NCBI GenBank assembly: GCA_000708835.1
Contig: DF237283.1
Coordinates: 37,332 to 101,331, forward strand
Reading direction: 5' to 3'
Source of the DNA: Klebsormidium nitens
Taxonomy: Eukaryota > Plantae > Klebsormidiophyceae
Length of the DNA stretch: 64,000 nucleotides
A program made the position numbers and the translations under genes. The notes beneath the pieces were generated by a model. That model was given only the letters and a program-made list of their open reading frames with translations, made no database searches and had not been told where the DNA came from. Every line of letters starts with the position of its first letter. Positions within the stretch are counted from its first letter, which is position 1. Shown piece by piece: positions 1 to 13,500 of the stretch.

Positions 1-2
1 TG

Positions 3-3000
3 GCGGCGAAACTAGAGGCGGAGGGAAAACCCGTGCCGCAGCTGCCGCCCCGCAAGCACCAGAACCAGTACACCAAGAGGAAGGAGCTCGCGTTGGCGGC
101 CGCGAAGGAAGGGGACAAGTCGCCGTCGAAAGTGCCCTCATCTCCTGAACGAAAGCCGAAGGCCGGCGTGAGCGTGGCGTCGAGGCTGAAGATCGCGAGG
201 GGGGTGACGTCAGCGGCGCGGGAGCGAGGCTCTCCTGGCGGAAAGGAAGTGAAGGTCTTGCGGCGGGTGAAAGGTGGGGGGAGCTCGCCTGATGGGGAGA
301 AGTCGCCGAAGAAGAAGCGCGCTGGGGAGGAGCTGAAAAAGGGGCCGCAGAACCAGCACACGAAACGGAAGGAGGGGGCGGAGCCCGGAGCGGAAGTGAA
401 GCGGAAAGGGGAGAATCAGTACACGAAGGCGAAGCGGCTTGCGGAAGAGGCGCAGAAAGAGAAGGAGCGCGAGAAGCGGAAGGGGGAGAATCAGTATACG
501 AAGGCGAAAAGATTAGCAGAGGAAGCGGAGACGAAGAAAGTGGCGGAGGCGGCAGAGCCGAAGCGGAAGGGCGAGAACCAATACACCAAAGCGAAGAGGT
601 TAGCGGAGGAGGCTGCGCGGGCGAAAGAGGAGCGGCGAGCGGCGAAGGAGAGGCGGCGGGCGGAGAAGGAGAAGCGACTGGCGGAGGAGGAGAAAGAGGG
701 GAAGAAGCGGGGCGAGAATCAGTACACGAAAGCGAAGAAGCTTGCCGATTGGGGGGCGAAGAAGCCTGGACCGAAGAAGCTCGCTGAGGGGGGGGCGAAG
801 AAGCTGGTGGTTGCGGGGGGGGAGGTGAAGCGGCGGGGGGAAAACCAGTATACAAAGGCCAAGCGCCTGGCGGAGGAGGCTGCGAAAGAGGCCCGGCGGG
901 AAAAGCGGCGGGAAAAGCGGAAGGGGGAGAACCAGTACACCAAGGCGAAGAAGCTGGCGTTGCTGGCTTTGGAAGGGACGCAGTCGGACGCTCCGAAAAC
1001 GGAACCGCCGGCCGGAACGAGTGCGAAACAGCCTGTGGCGGACAAAGAAGCGGACGTCAAACCGCAGGTGGTGGAGGTTGGAGGAGTTGCGCCCGCTGTG
1101 GAAGCCGCGAAACCCTCAGGGTCAGAGGCGAGGTTAGAGGCGAAACCGGAAAAGCCCCCCCGGAAGAGAGAGAACCAGTACACGAAGAGAAAGCGGTTGG
1201 CGGAGCAGGGGATCGAAGCGAAGCCCGTGCGAGCGGAGCCGCGCAGCGGCCTGCGGAGCAAAGACGGCGAGATGCCGACACTACGGAGCGGAGCGACGCC
1301 GAAGCAGGAAAAGGGGCCGAATGGGGAGCCTGTTGTGTACACGCGCCGGAAGTCTGCCAGGGGGGAAGCGAAGGCTGAGAAAGAAGGGGGGGGAAAGGAG
1401 GGGGAGTCGAGCTTGCAGCTCGTGAAAGCGGAACCCGTTGATGGAGAGCCATCGGTGCCGGTCCAGTTGAGTGGTGACGCACAAGGAGAGCCGTCGAAGG
1501 GGGAGAGTGAGGGGGTTGGCGTGGAAGTAGCAGGAGTGTCTTCCGTGACTGCTCAGGCCGAGATCGTTAGCGAGCCTCCCGCCGCGAAACAAACCGCCGA
1601 GGGGGGTGCGCCGGAAGCTGCTGGGAAGCCCCCTGCCGACAAAGAAAATGGCGCACTGCGACCCATGGACGTGGATCTAGGCGCAAGCACCGCCGGACAC
1701 GTCGGAGCTGCTGACATCACGGCTCCCCCAATTGGTACGCCCGCTGACGTCACAGCCGCCGCCCCCGAAAGCGTCCTCACTCGCGCACGAGCGGAGGCGG
1801 GCCCTGCCGACGTCAGCAGGGGGGTCCCCGTGTTAGAAGGGCGGCCGGCGAAACGGCAACGTCTGGCAGCCGCAGAAGGTCCTAGCCGGCCAGGGGGGCC
1901 AATCCTGAGGGCGAGTCAGGGGGGTGAAAGGAGAGAAAGGCGTCCGTCACAGAGCAGGGGGTTGACTGTGAGGGTGACGGAACCCCCCAAGAAGAAAGAG
2001 AGGACCCCGGAGCAGCAATTGGCGGACCGGATGGGGGAGTGCGCTTACTGGGACCTGACGTTGTCTGAGGTAAGCGCCAGCTCTAGTTGTTGACTGACAA
2101 TAAATGAACCGAGATTGAGACAATCACCGAGATTGTCATCTGACCGACGTTCTATCAGAGATTGAAACATATGACCCAGCTTAGACAGCTTGTTTTGCTT
2201 GTGACAACCTTAGGGGTGTTCTACCCCTTTGTGCCTGTTGTAAAGCCTTTTCCCTAAGGTACTTTTCCATCGCTTCTTAATTACTGCCTTCTATTCTCCT
2301 CGACTTCATTCTTCCTTCTCTGACTACTTCTTTGGTTTTCTCGACCCCGTTCCTGATCGATGTCCTCCCCTCTGCAGCGCCTACGTCTTTTCAAGGCGCT
2401 CGCCAAGCGCGCCGCTGACGTCACCCTCTCGGACGCGGGTCAGAAGCCCGCCCCCCTGGGTTCGGACGCTGATGGCGCCCACTACTGGCTGCTGACGTGT
2501 CCTTCCGGGCCTTTGCTCCTCACTGGCAAACCCGCGCCACCCCCCCCCCCAACCCCCAAGCCTGCGTCCAATCCATCCGCACCCGCCACAAGTGGAGAAA
2601 GCAAAGACGAAACCGCCCTTCTCCTGCCGGATCTCAATGCTCAGCCGAGTCCACCAGCAGTTGAGGAGCATCTGAAGAACACCGCTGAGAAGGGGCCCAT
2701 CGAGGGGCAGCCTGTGTTAGCGCAGGGTTTAGAGACGGGCCCCAAGGCCGAGGGTTTGACACCGGCTGCACCGTCGGCTGGGGCGGCAGCTGCAGAGGAG
2801 GTGGCAGTGTCAATGGAAGAGGACGGGGAGGCTGCTAACGCCGAGAGGCCTGTTCCGATGGACACCGATGTCGGGGTTAAGGGGGAAGAAAGTGGGACCG
2901 CCCTAGAGACGGGATTGGAGGAACCGCAAGAAGAGAAGAAGGACGGGAGTGCGGCTGGGGGCAAGGAAGAGGAACTAGAGAAGGTGGTTACAGCGGATGG

Positions 3001-4943
3001 TGCTGGCGTGGTTGACGCAGTCAAAGCCGCCGAGAAGGACGGGAATGCTGAGAAAGTGGAGGAGGAGGAGATGTTGCGCAAGGGGACGTGGTCGGTCGTG
3101 ACCTCTTTGGAGGAGCTGAACGACGTCAGATCTCGGGTGACGTCAGCAGACGGGGTGACGTCAGCAGAGGCCAACTTACGGGAGAAGTTCGCGGCCTGTG
3201 AGGGGAGCTTGCGTCAGGGGTTGGAGCGGGTGTTTGGACCAGAGGGGAAGCGTCCGAGAGAAGAGAAGCGGCCAAGAGAGGAGGACGAGGGCCCGTTCAC
3301 ATCTGGGAAGAAGCCCAGGTTGGCAGAGGAGGAACACGCCCCAGGGCAGACCCTCAGAGCAACAGACCTTCTGCTAGAACGGGAAAGAACAGCGGGGGAG
3401 ACTAGAGCGGTCCCTCGGTGCGTGTGCGGGGAGCCCCTGGTGGTGCCACGTGTCCATTGCCCCTTCTGCCATTGCAGCGCCGAAAAAGGCACCCGCGCCT
3501 TTTCACACTGGTGTGACCGGCCGCACGGGTGCCTCCTCCTAGAAGAGCTGAGGCGCGTCGAGGCGTCCCCCGCAACCGGCCCCTTCGGGCTGCCAGCTGG
3601 CGCCGACCCATTGGTCGAGAGCCAGGCGGACCTCGAAGTTCTGGAGGGCCTCGAAATCGACCTCCAGGCAGTTTTCGCCGAGGGCCTGGATTACCCCGGC
3701 CTAGGGGGGGTCGCCAGCGCCCCCTTCACCAGCCTCGCGCGCTCCCCCCCGAAACGGGTGGCGCTCAACCGGTTGCACCGGAGCCCCAATCCCGCGCCCT
3801 CGGAGCTCGGCCCCCCTGCCGTGCCCTTCGGTGACGCGTTCTTCAAACCCCCCCAAACTTCCCCTAAGCCGGAGGCCCCCCCCCTCCCGCACGCGCAATC
3901 CTTCCCCCAGTTCGTGCCGGGGGGGTCCGCCGCCAAACCCCCGAACCCCACCGCCCCCTTGGAGACGAGCGCATCGCTCCCCGCCGACACAAACGCGCTC
4001 GTTCCCTACAACCCGCCCCCCGCCGCCGCTGACGTCAGTGGCGGCGCCCCGAGGGATCCCTCTCCCGAAACCCCCCGAAAGGTGGAGGATCTGCCCGCGG
4101 AAACCCTAATCTCGAAACCCCCCGGTCCCGGGAAGTGGCTCGTGGAGGGCCAGCAGCCCGCACTCGCACGGCTCAAGATGGATCTGTTGGATATGGAAGC
4201 GGCGCTGGCGCCGCAATGCTTGGGAGGGGTGAGGGCCACCCCAGAGCGGTGCAACGCTTGGCGGGTTATGGTCAAGAGGGCCCAGTCGGCCAAGGTAAGC
4301 GGCAGTCGCACGAGGCTTTTCATTTTGATCCCGTACTCTTGGCTAGATGGAAGCGTGGTGCCGTATCAACGTGGAAGCGGCACGCTAAAAATCTCAGGCG
4401 CTTTTCGAGCAACCTCAAAACCTTTGGATGGTCCACTTTGAAGACGATCCGCGCATTGGTGTTGGCGCTTTGGTCAGATGGAGTTGCGATGCCACGTCCG
4501 GATCGCTTCTCGGCGTCGCTGGATGAGGGTGCAATATCCTGGAAATTCGAGCTCAAAGCTCACAAAAGATTCTGCCAGGACGCCGATGAGAACGCCTGAA
4601 CGCCCGGCTGGCCTTGCCACTTAGCCTGCATTCTAGCTTTTGTCATGACTGCATAGCATCAGGTTTCGTCGCCTCGCTCATGTACTTTACTTATTACTAA
4701 CTTTGCATCTGCCGTGCTGTGCAGGAACTCGCAAACGCCGCAATCCTACTAGAGCTGATGATTCGGCCCGCTTTGATTTCCAAAGAGTGGGCCGTCATGG
4801 GGCCCCTCTCACGGGCCGTTGCCGACGGGCGCGAGGGAACAGTCGCCCAAGTGGCGCTTATGGTCCATTCTTTGGACGGTGTGATAGATTACGAGGGGCT
4901 GCAGAGTGCGAAAGAGAGCAGTAAGAGAAGAAGAGTAAGATAG
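3..4943 (+). CDS. MBD9-like chromatin protein (WHIM1, WHIM2/WSD, Cys/His finger, conserved C-terminal helices); 5' partial
   Basis: Exons <3-2069, 2378-4294 and 4725-4943 join in phase 0 through GT-AG introns. The splice creates YWDLTLSE|RLRLFKAL (WHIM1-like), followed by PLGSDADGAHYW (WSD), RCVCGEP..HCPFCH and LARLKMDLLDMEAAL..AWRVMVKRAQSAK|ELANAAILLELMI..EW..VALMVHSLDGVIDY. These match my recollection of the plant MBD9 C-terminus. The frame is open to the window edge. Confidence 0.75.
60..1199 (+). repeat. Nine in-frame copies of a basic (K/R)-G-E-N-Q-Y-T-K-A-K-(R/K)-L peptide motif
   Basis: Counted in ORF 33..2093: QNQYTKRK, QNQHTKRK, six GENQYTKAK, and RENQYTKRK. Third codon positions differ between copies. 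Confidence 0.95.
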
Positions 4944-7596
4944 GACGTTTTGTTGAAGCGGGCGACATTCTTTGAATAGTTCGACGAGTTAGAGAGAGCA
5001 GCGTCGTGTAACAATGCATCGATTGGGCGTGGTTATGAGGTTGTGTTCAGTATCATTCACTTGGAGGATTTGGCTGGCAAGAGTGTGACACCAAGTATGT
5101 ATTCAAAACTGCTCGGATTGGGGGTGTGAGCAAGTTGGAAGTATCTGCAAAGTAAAGAATGCGTTCGGCTTCAAAAAGATTTACGCTTGATGTGATAGAG
5201 AATGCGCGGCTCGCTGTCCAGTACAGTGGCTGTGTGGACTAGCCTGGGCCCAACGCATCATCTGGCACTGCATGCTCGTATTTCCTTCAAGAACTAGCTT
5301 GGTAGTTTGCAATTGATATTTTCAAACTCAAGACTGTTATATTAGTGACTCGCATGGTTCATATCGTGCGCGCACGTACATGCTTCATGATCATTATGGC
5401 CAGCTTGTTACCAATCAACATGTTCTTTCGTCATCGAATTGGCGCCGCGCCACACTGCAAAACTGATCATTTATCATGCTGGTAATTCAGTGATTATATT
5501 GCTGCGAAGCTAGATTGAATCTGACACGAGCTCGACTGACGGAGCCCTGCCGCCCGGGCGGCCACAAATGTCGACTGCTCACGATACCTCGAATGATCGC
5601 CCATGCACTGCACACATAGGCCATGCCAGGCGCGGACGGTGCCGGCTTGGCGTTATACATATATGCACCGCCCAGAGTGAGTGCATGGGCGGCTATGCAG
5701 CTTGGTGCGTTCTGCATGCACGCAATTAGAGCATTAGTGACGGCAAGTAGTGACTTACTCAAGCAACCGTTGAACAACTAAAATGTTGGGCCGATACACT
5801 GTATGCATATGCCATGTAGCAGAAGCTATACTAGACTTTTACCATTCTAACCAAGTGTACCAAGAAATCATTAGAGTTTCGGCGTTAAGTGCAGCTTTCA
5901 ATCTTAATTCGAAGCAATACCAAAATCTGGATTGCTCGTGTTTGAGGTAGGCGAATTGACAGGCTAGCATACTGACCACATGAGGGCTGGGGGGGACGGC
6001 GAATTTGAAAGCTTACGATGCTGATTTGGGAGGGCGTGTTTGGCGGAGGGCGCTTTCGTTTCTTGATTCTTTGAAGAGAAGATCTCGCTTCTCAAAGTGG
6101 TTTTATAGCTTGCTTCGCTCACTCAAGGTTGTCTTGTCGCTCTCAATGAGCTCAGTCTGGACGTAGACGTCAATAAGGATTTGCTCGAGAGGGACGTGTT
6201 GTGAATCTCGATGACTCGCTTTCGCTCGCAACAGCTGATTTGGAAAATGTCGGGCCTTTGAGATCCACTGTGCCTACTTTGGAAGCACAGGCTTACGTAC
6301 GTTTCATAGTCACATACTGATTAATACCGCCCATACTATCTGAGCTTGCTTACTACCATTTAGGAGGCAGCTCGCGTCCGACTACCGGTGCGAATGCCCA
6401 TTTAAACATCAGTTTGGGCCATACAGTGCTGAATGAGTCTACTCTGCAGGGTGACACCAGACTGCAAAACGAGCGAGTTCACCGACGGTCTAAACCCGAG
6501 ACTCGAATCGAATGGCCGGAGTCTGATCGAAGAATCTTCTTCTTCTTGTTTCAATGTTCAGACTGTCTGCAGCGCTCATCGCCGGGTGGCCATGATGATT
6601 TGCGATACCACCAATCAGCTAACACGATCATCATATTGAAATAGTTCGCTATTGTGAGTATCCGACCCGTCTTTTGCATTTAACATTCGAATTTGTCCGA
6701 TTCTTCCCAACCCAAAACAGACTCTTCTATGGTTAAGCGCGGACGTGGTCTCAAACAGCATGGATATCCTAAAACTTAACGAAGCATCTTTGTTCACATT
6801 GAAATGGGCAAGGAGAATTGACAACCAGACGAAGATACGCAGCACCCGCCATTTGAAGGTAATCAACCTTGGATACCTTCTGTATCAACACCCACGAACA
6901 GAAGTCTCTTGTTCGGAATCACCACTAAGAAACCTAAAGTCGGAGATGATATGTTACTTAGAAGGTCCAATCCAAGGAGCCGCTGCTTTCTGCCCTGCAT
7001 CCGAAGTCAACCTAAACCGTTATCGTGAACCCACCGATCTAGAGGGGTAACCGACTTCGTTAACGATCTCTGCTTTTAGTTCCCGTCTCAAGGTTTAAAA
7101 AGCTCCCCGCCGTCCATGCGCCGACACGTAGGCGGCTTCATCGAATGGAACGTGTCTTCAAGCGAGCCAGTCGAAAGGCAGTAGGATCAGCTGTGATCTC
7201 CGAGAAAGTCAACGACTTCAAGAAACCAAATCGGCTCAGCGTCTTTCTTGGTCGAGCCGCTGTTAGGGTCCCGCAGTTCTTCTCAAAACGAGTGCTGCCA
7301 AGAACATTGGATGGAATGATTTGCCTGCGAGCCATCTATTTGTGAATCAAACTTTGCACAGCTGTGATGACTGAGAAGGTTTGACCGTCACAAAGTCAAC
7401 GCTCCTGGGTTGGAACCGTCCTCAGCCTCTGAAACCCTTTCAGTACTGCCACAATAATTTGCCATCTCACCCCTTTTATCTGCTATCTGCCTGTTCTACT
7501 CTCTCGTCATCTTTGTTCTCCTCCAAAAGCAATGAGGAGACTCTGCAAGATCTCCTCACAAAGTCTCCTCCGAAAAGCGCCAGTGCGCCGCCAAGA

Positions 7597-10500
7597 ATGG
7601 CGTCCGCTTTTGTTGCTTCGACCACGTGCGCCGATGCGAGACTTTCCACAGTCGCTGGGGGGCTGACTTACCGCGATGGGAAGCTGAGGAGTGGACCCAT
7701 CCAAGCGCACCAGCTTCGATCCATTCCCCTCACTAACCCCTCCTTCCAATCTACACAGATCCTACGCCACGTGGCCGTTTCCAGGCAGCTCTCCAAGAGG
7801 TTAGGTTTCTTTGGACCGGATCCTGAAGTTGGGGGGGCATTCACATTGGGGGGAAATCCTCACAAATGGGTGCGCGGGGCGGCAGTTTCAGGAGAACCCA
7901 CCAGCCGTCGATCGTACGAATCAACGGCTCTCGATGGGGCGCGCGGCCTCGCCGCTAAGAAGCGTAACTCAATCAAAGGCAAGGTAGGCAAAGTTGCTCT
8001 ATCTCAGATGGAAAGGTCCGAGATTGCTTCGAAGGTTGTTAACCAGCCGCTGGGAGCGCCGTTTCAGCCCTCTCAGGGGGCTGTTCACACCGCCGACAGA
8101 AGGAGGGATCTCCGAGGTGTGAACGTGCCCGACTGGGCTGATCCAGGGGAGCCCACCTCCACTCTTGGCATCCCCTCGCGGACGACGTTCGCGTCAGCAA
8201 AGCTGCCCACGTCAGCATGGGCGCTGGGCGAGATGATGACGTCAGCGGGAGCGCGCGACCTGGTGTCCACCCCGCGGGGCGCCGCGCAAGCGCTGTACGC
8301 GGCGGCTCGGACGGCGTTCTTCTTCGGACAGGTGGGGTGGGGCGTCCGATAAGCGCACCTGTAAGCTCGCTGAAGGGCATTCGCCGCTGTGGCGGAAAAA
8401 TACCTCCGCAGTATCATCGTGCTCCCCTTCTTGTTGCCTCCCTTTATTTGACACGACATGTTCAAGAACGGGAAGGCACTTTTATTCGTGAAACTATTGG
8501 CCGAAACCCTTACCGGGTTGACCGCTTTGACCGAGATCGAAACCTGAGCGACTAAACCCTTACTAACCCCAGCAACTTCCCTGCCTCGAAATCGAGAATC
8601 CTTAGCCCCATGGCAAACCCTTCATCGCAAAGCTTCCAAGTGGAGAAGGACGTTCTAGTTGCCTCAAACATCAATTCAAGGCCCGCGATCACAATCGTTT
8701 GATTTGTGTCGGCGGCGCGGAGAGTTACCATATCGATTAAGGAATGCAAATCTCAACACGATCTTATTCGAGAACGTGGAGAGACCGTATTCCGGATACG
8801 AGATGGATCCATCTTTGTATGATAGTCGTGAGAGTGCGTAACGTTTTCTTAGAATTTCTCGTATCCAAAAGACTCGCCGCTTCTGTCCAAACCTGAAATG
8901 AACATTGTCTCATTCTTACTTGCAGACGGCTCTGGTCGGTCAGGTCCTCGGGGGGGGTTTCTTGGGGCTTCCCCACGGGGAAGATCTGCCCCCCGGGACG
9001 GCCGATGAAGTATATCGAGTTGTGACGGGCGGCATCGTGGAGTTGATCAAGATGGATGGGGAAAACGTCCGGTGAGAGCCGACGGGACCCCTGCCGGGCT
9101 CTCTGTGATTGTCGAGCTTCTCAGCCAGTCCTAGCACAGACCGGGAGTAAGCACCGGGCAGTTTCTTTTGATCGCGCTTCTCTCATGGTCCTACCTAAAA
9201 GCGGGATAAGTCTCCTCCTTTTGGAATATTCTGCCAGCTGTACCACAGACCGACGGTAATCACCGGGCAGTCTCTCCGTGTGTTCTCCCGCAGACGGGGC
9301 ATCTACCGGGCACCGTACGACATGGATCCGAGACACCGCCAGTGGAGCCCCGCCTTTTGGATAGACCGCCACGAGAAGCTGCTGCAAGATCGCCGGACTT
9401 CGAGGGATATGCGTCGTCGAAACCGTAGGCTTTGAGAAACCTTTAGAGAAACGGTTTCGGTAGGTATAATCGACTAGCGGCGTAGCTCTCAAAAAAGAAT
9501 CATTTCGTTGCGTCCTGTGAGGTGGAGGACTGAGGGTTGCTGCCCCCGGGCTTGGAGGGTTGAGCGGAAAGAAACTGGAAACTAGCCTTCCGGAAAAAGA
9601 TCTGGAAGACTTCGTTCTGCGCTTACCTGCCGCGTTTAAAAAGAGACGGTCTATCAGAGTCTGGCGACTAAGGAAGGGTATGATTTGAGGCGCAGCTTAT
9701 AGAGCCTTTCAATATCCACCAATCTATCCTGTCTATTGGCAAGGCTTTGATTTGGTGTGATTCGTATGTGCGGCTAACATGAGTACGATTCGGGTTCACC
9801 ATTTTAAACACAGTCTGACCTTCTCTTCAGTTGGAGACGCTTTCTTAGCTTCTGCTTTGCGCCTCGTGCGCTGTTGTTTCCCGATCAAGCCCAATTTGGG
9901 AGCAGTTCAGAAACAAGTCTGCCCTCAACATGACAACAGCGGCCAAAAGAAAGCTGCCAGAATCCCAAGGCTGAATGCAACGGTCCTGAGACGAGGAATA
10001 TGTACAGCCCAGAAACAGTCTCAGACTGGCCCTTGTTTTACTTTTTCACAGAAACGAAAGTTCCAGGCACCAGCGACCGGGTGCCGTAACCGGAGTATTA
10101 TCTGCAGCACTTCCATTGGCAGCCCGGGGGCTGGTTAGCCGACCACTCGGCACACGTGTACGAACACAGTACCGAGGCGCTCTTCTGTGGAGCCCAGGTA
10201 CGTACCGCTTCATTGGTGAAGAATATGACCACGCTTTGTTCGAATACCAGTGCGTCGAATACCTGGACACGTGAATTGTTGGTTTTCATGAATATGTTTT
10301 CGCTCAGTTCCCCTTTTGTGTTTTGGTCGTGTTGGAAACATGCATCGAATCCGAGGAAGCGTTAGAAGGATTTGAATGCGAGCGTAATCAAATTCCATTC
10401 ACAGAAGTGGACAGGGCAACTTGCAGGATGGTCAGTGTCGATTGGACTTTCGCAACCTGTTATTCAGTGGTGAGCTTGATGGCTCGTGTGGCTCTTTCTG

Positions 10501-13500
10501 AAGACTTTTAAGAAAAGGGCAGTCGCGAGATAGTTGTACTGCCTGATAGAGTCGGGTTTTGAGTTACATTCGTGCTCTTAAAAGTGCCCACCAACAAGGC
10601 TTAAAATCATTTGTACCCGACAGGGTGCCGACGGGAGCACAGGAGAAGCTGAGCCTTAAACAATCTTATATGGGCATATGAAAAGCCCGTTCGTCACCGA
10701 GCCATGCAGTTTCGAGCGCGATTCCTTGTAGCGTCTTTCGTGCATTTGCCGTTTGAGGCGACGTCTTACAGTACGCGTCTTTGAATCCTGGTAATTTTGT
10801 GGGAAACTCGATTTAAGGGGTGTTTTTGGCTAGGCCCGCCAAAATTTCTTGCCATCTCGTCAGCACAACTCTCGGTTTTTGCGCTCGGAAATGTTGCTCA
10901 AAGGCATTTGCTTATCAAAATGCACCATTTTTCTTGTCGCTAGAACGGAACACAACATAAAAGAGACATGGATGTTACGAGGAAGGTTCGAGTTCCTCAA
11001 AACCGCATTCATCTTTTGAACGTAACGAAAGAGCGCGAAAGTAGAAATGTAGAGCGCGCAAACGGAAAACCCAGAAGTTGTCCGCCCTTCATTTCCAGGA
11101 CGCAATGCAGCGGCAGACCCTGGTTCCCATTCACTACTACATGCGCGGGAGGGATCCCTCTCGGACGTCCGTTTTGGACCTGGCCTGCGGCACCGGACGC
11201 TTTCTCACCTTCCTCAAGGACAACTACCCGTCCGCACGGACGTACGGGGTGAGTGTTCGTGGCTTCGACGACGACTCCGAATGGATTGCCTTGAATCCGG
11301 GTATATCGTCGAAGATAAAAATCATATCTTGCAAACATTTGATCCTGGAGAAGCATCTTTGGAAATGATTGCCCGTCCGAAAGTAAGGCACGGGTGAGTA
11401 CCTGTTTGTCGGCAACGAAAGCTCGCCCGCTCGAAACCGTCTGTGCATAGAGAATCTTATCGAACTTCGGCTTTCGTCAAAGGGAGTTCTCGGGACGGGT
11501 TGGAAGGTGGATCAGTCCCTGAGTCTGAATTGATCAACTGGTTGTGTCGCACCATTCTACTTTGCAAGGCATCAGAGTCCAGTCACGAGTGTTACTAGCA
11601 GAATTGGCCCCATCTCTTGCAGCCTTTCTCCAACGTTATATTTTGGAACAAGTTATCCAATTAAAGGCCTGCTATCACAGGTGGATCTCAGCCCAAATTA
11701 CCTGAAAGCTGCGGAGGAGAACATGGATTACTTCGAGAGTGAGCTTCCTCGGTCCATTTAAGGTCTTCATCATTTTAGTTGTCAAAGGAAGTTTCAGAGT
11801 AAGCTGGGTCTCTTGCAACGCAGCGCTTTCACGACCTTTTTGTGAATTGCAGCCAGATCAAAGTTACATAACAGATGCGGTCTCATCCTCGCAAGTGAAC
11901 TTATAATTTTGTTGGTCCAAGTAGTAAATTTGAGGCGTCATCATCCTTTGAAAGATCGCAGATGGTGACGTCTTCGTCGTTCCTTCCATCAGCACGAAAC
12001 TTGAAACCATCAAGAGGTAACTGAGTGCTGGAGAAAATTCGACGTGCTGTCGTTCTTGCAGGATTTGACATGCAAGTCAACGGCTTCCGAAAGCTGTCGC
12101 GGCCTCGCTATATCCAGGCTAGCGCAGAAAGCCTTCCATTTGGGGACAGATCCCTGGACGTAGTAAGTTGCATCCGATTGAACGGGCATGTTCTTATCCC
12201 TCCTCAGTCCAGCACACTTACCATTATGTTTGCAGCCAGATTGGTTCCCCATTCAATTGTTTGTCCTAGGAACTAAAAATTTACATTCCTCGAACACTAC
12301 AGAAGCAAGTGTCCCGAGGCGGCCGAATTTTACGCAGTCTTCGATATAATCAAAGTGAAAGGATCAGTATTACGAAGGTTGCAAATGGTTCAAGTCACCG
12401 AGCCATACGAGCTGCCCATCGTTTAAAGATGTGCAATCAGGACATAAGCGAAGGACGATCACATGGTCAATCTCGGACTAGTATGGGTATCTTTGGGGAA
12501 GTTACTAGGGCGGGTACACATGCGGAACAGTTAGACTCGAGTTGGGAGAGTAGTGTAGGTCTACAATCTACAAACTTATGAGTCATTCCAAAACTGGAAA
12601 TCGTTTTTGTCAAGGTTACGTGCGTCTATCTCTTTCACGAGCTTCCCCCGGAGGCGCGCCGCGCGGCCATCGCGGAGGTTTCGAGGGTTCTTGAACCGGG
12701 CGGCATCTTCGTCTGGACAGACTCACTCCAGGTGAGCGGTTAATACAGGAAGTTTTGGCTGCTAACCAGGCTCTCTACCAGAGGGTTATTGGATAAGTAA
12801 TCGGGGTTTATCCTTGATCAGCGGCTGGTCAACGCCCAAGTCTGGCTACTGGACATGTAACCAGTTTCTAAACAGCCCAGAACCGTCCTTGGTTGAGGGC
12901 CAGTTAAACTTCTGGGTAAGGCGATACACACGAAGCGCTTGCTAAGTGAGGTAAATATGGTGTCAGATCTCGCTTCTCTTTTACAAATCAGGTTCACACA
13001 GGGTCATTTCGATCTGGAACGGCCCTGGGAAAACACCGTAACGTTTTCTTGCAATTGTTGCGACTCACAGTATAATCATATTGCGAGCTGTGGAATTGGG
13101 TCTCGTTCGTGAACGCTCCAAAAACTGCATCGAAAGCTGACGTAAGCACGTATCTTGGTGCGCCCAACCGGACGTCTTCTTGTGCAGGAGGGAGACCGTC
13201 CAGAGAGCGCGCCGGTGGCGGCGCTGTTCCGCGCGCTGTTTCACGAGCCGTACTTCGCGAGCTTTCTGCGCGCGGACTTTGAGGGGATGTGCGCGGCCGC
13301 GGGGCTCGCGCACGAGGCCACCATCCTGGCCCATCTCTCCAAGGCAAGCGTTTTGATGTTTCAGGGTTCTATCACCATTATTTACAAGCTTTTAAGCTGT
13401 TTCCATATCAGGCGGGCTGCAGATCTGAGAAATGGCTGGGGGACAAGTCTCTTTGCTATCACCAGCGTCCATCTTGTGAACGTCAACGAATTGGACGGTT

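Noticed and set aside
400-960. CRISPR-like spaced direct repeats
   Set aside because: They are in-frame coding repeats with synonymous variation in a eukaryotic gene, and there are no cas genes.
7381-7596. TTG-initiated N-terminal extension of the methyltransferase
   Set aside because: In a eukaryotic gene, ATG 7597 (MASAFVAS...) gives a typical transit-peptide start.
13065-13160. Minus-strand exon-like stretch (FDAVFGAFTNETQFHSSQYDYT|GTGAGT)
   Set aside because: It lies inside a methyltransferase intron, has no partner exons and no homology cue.
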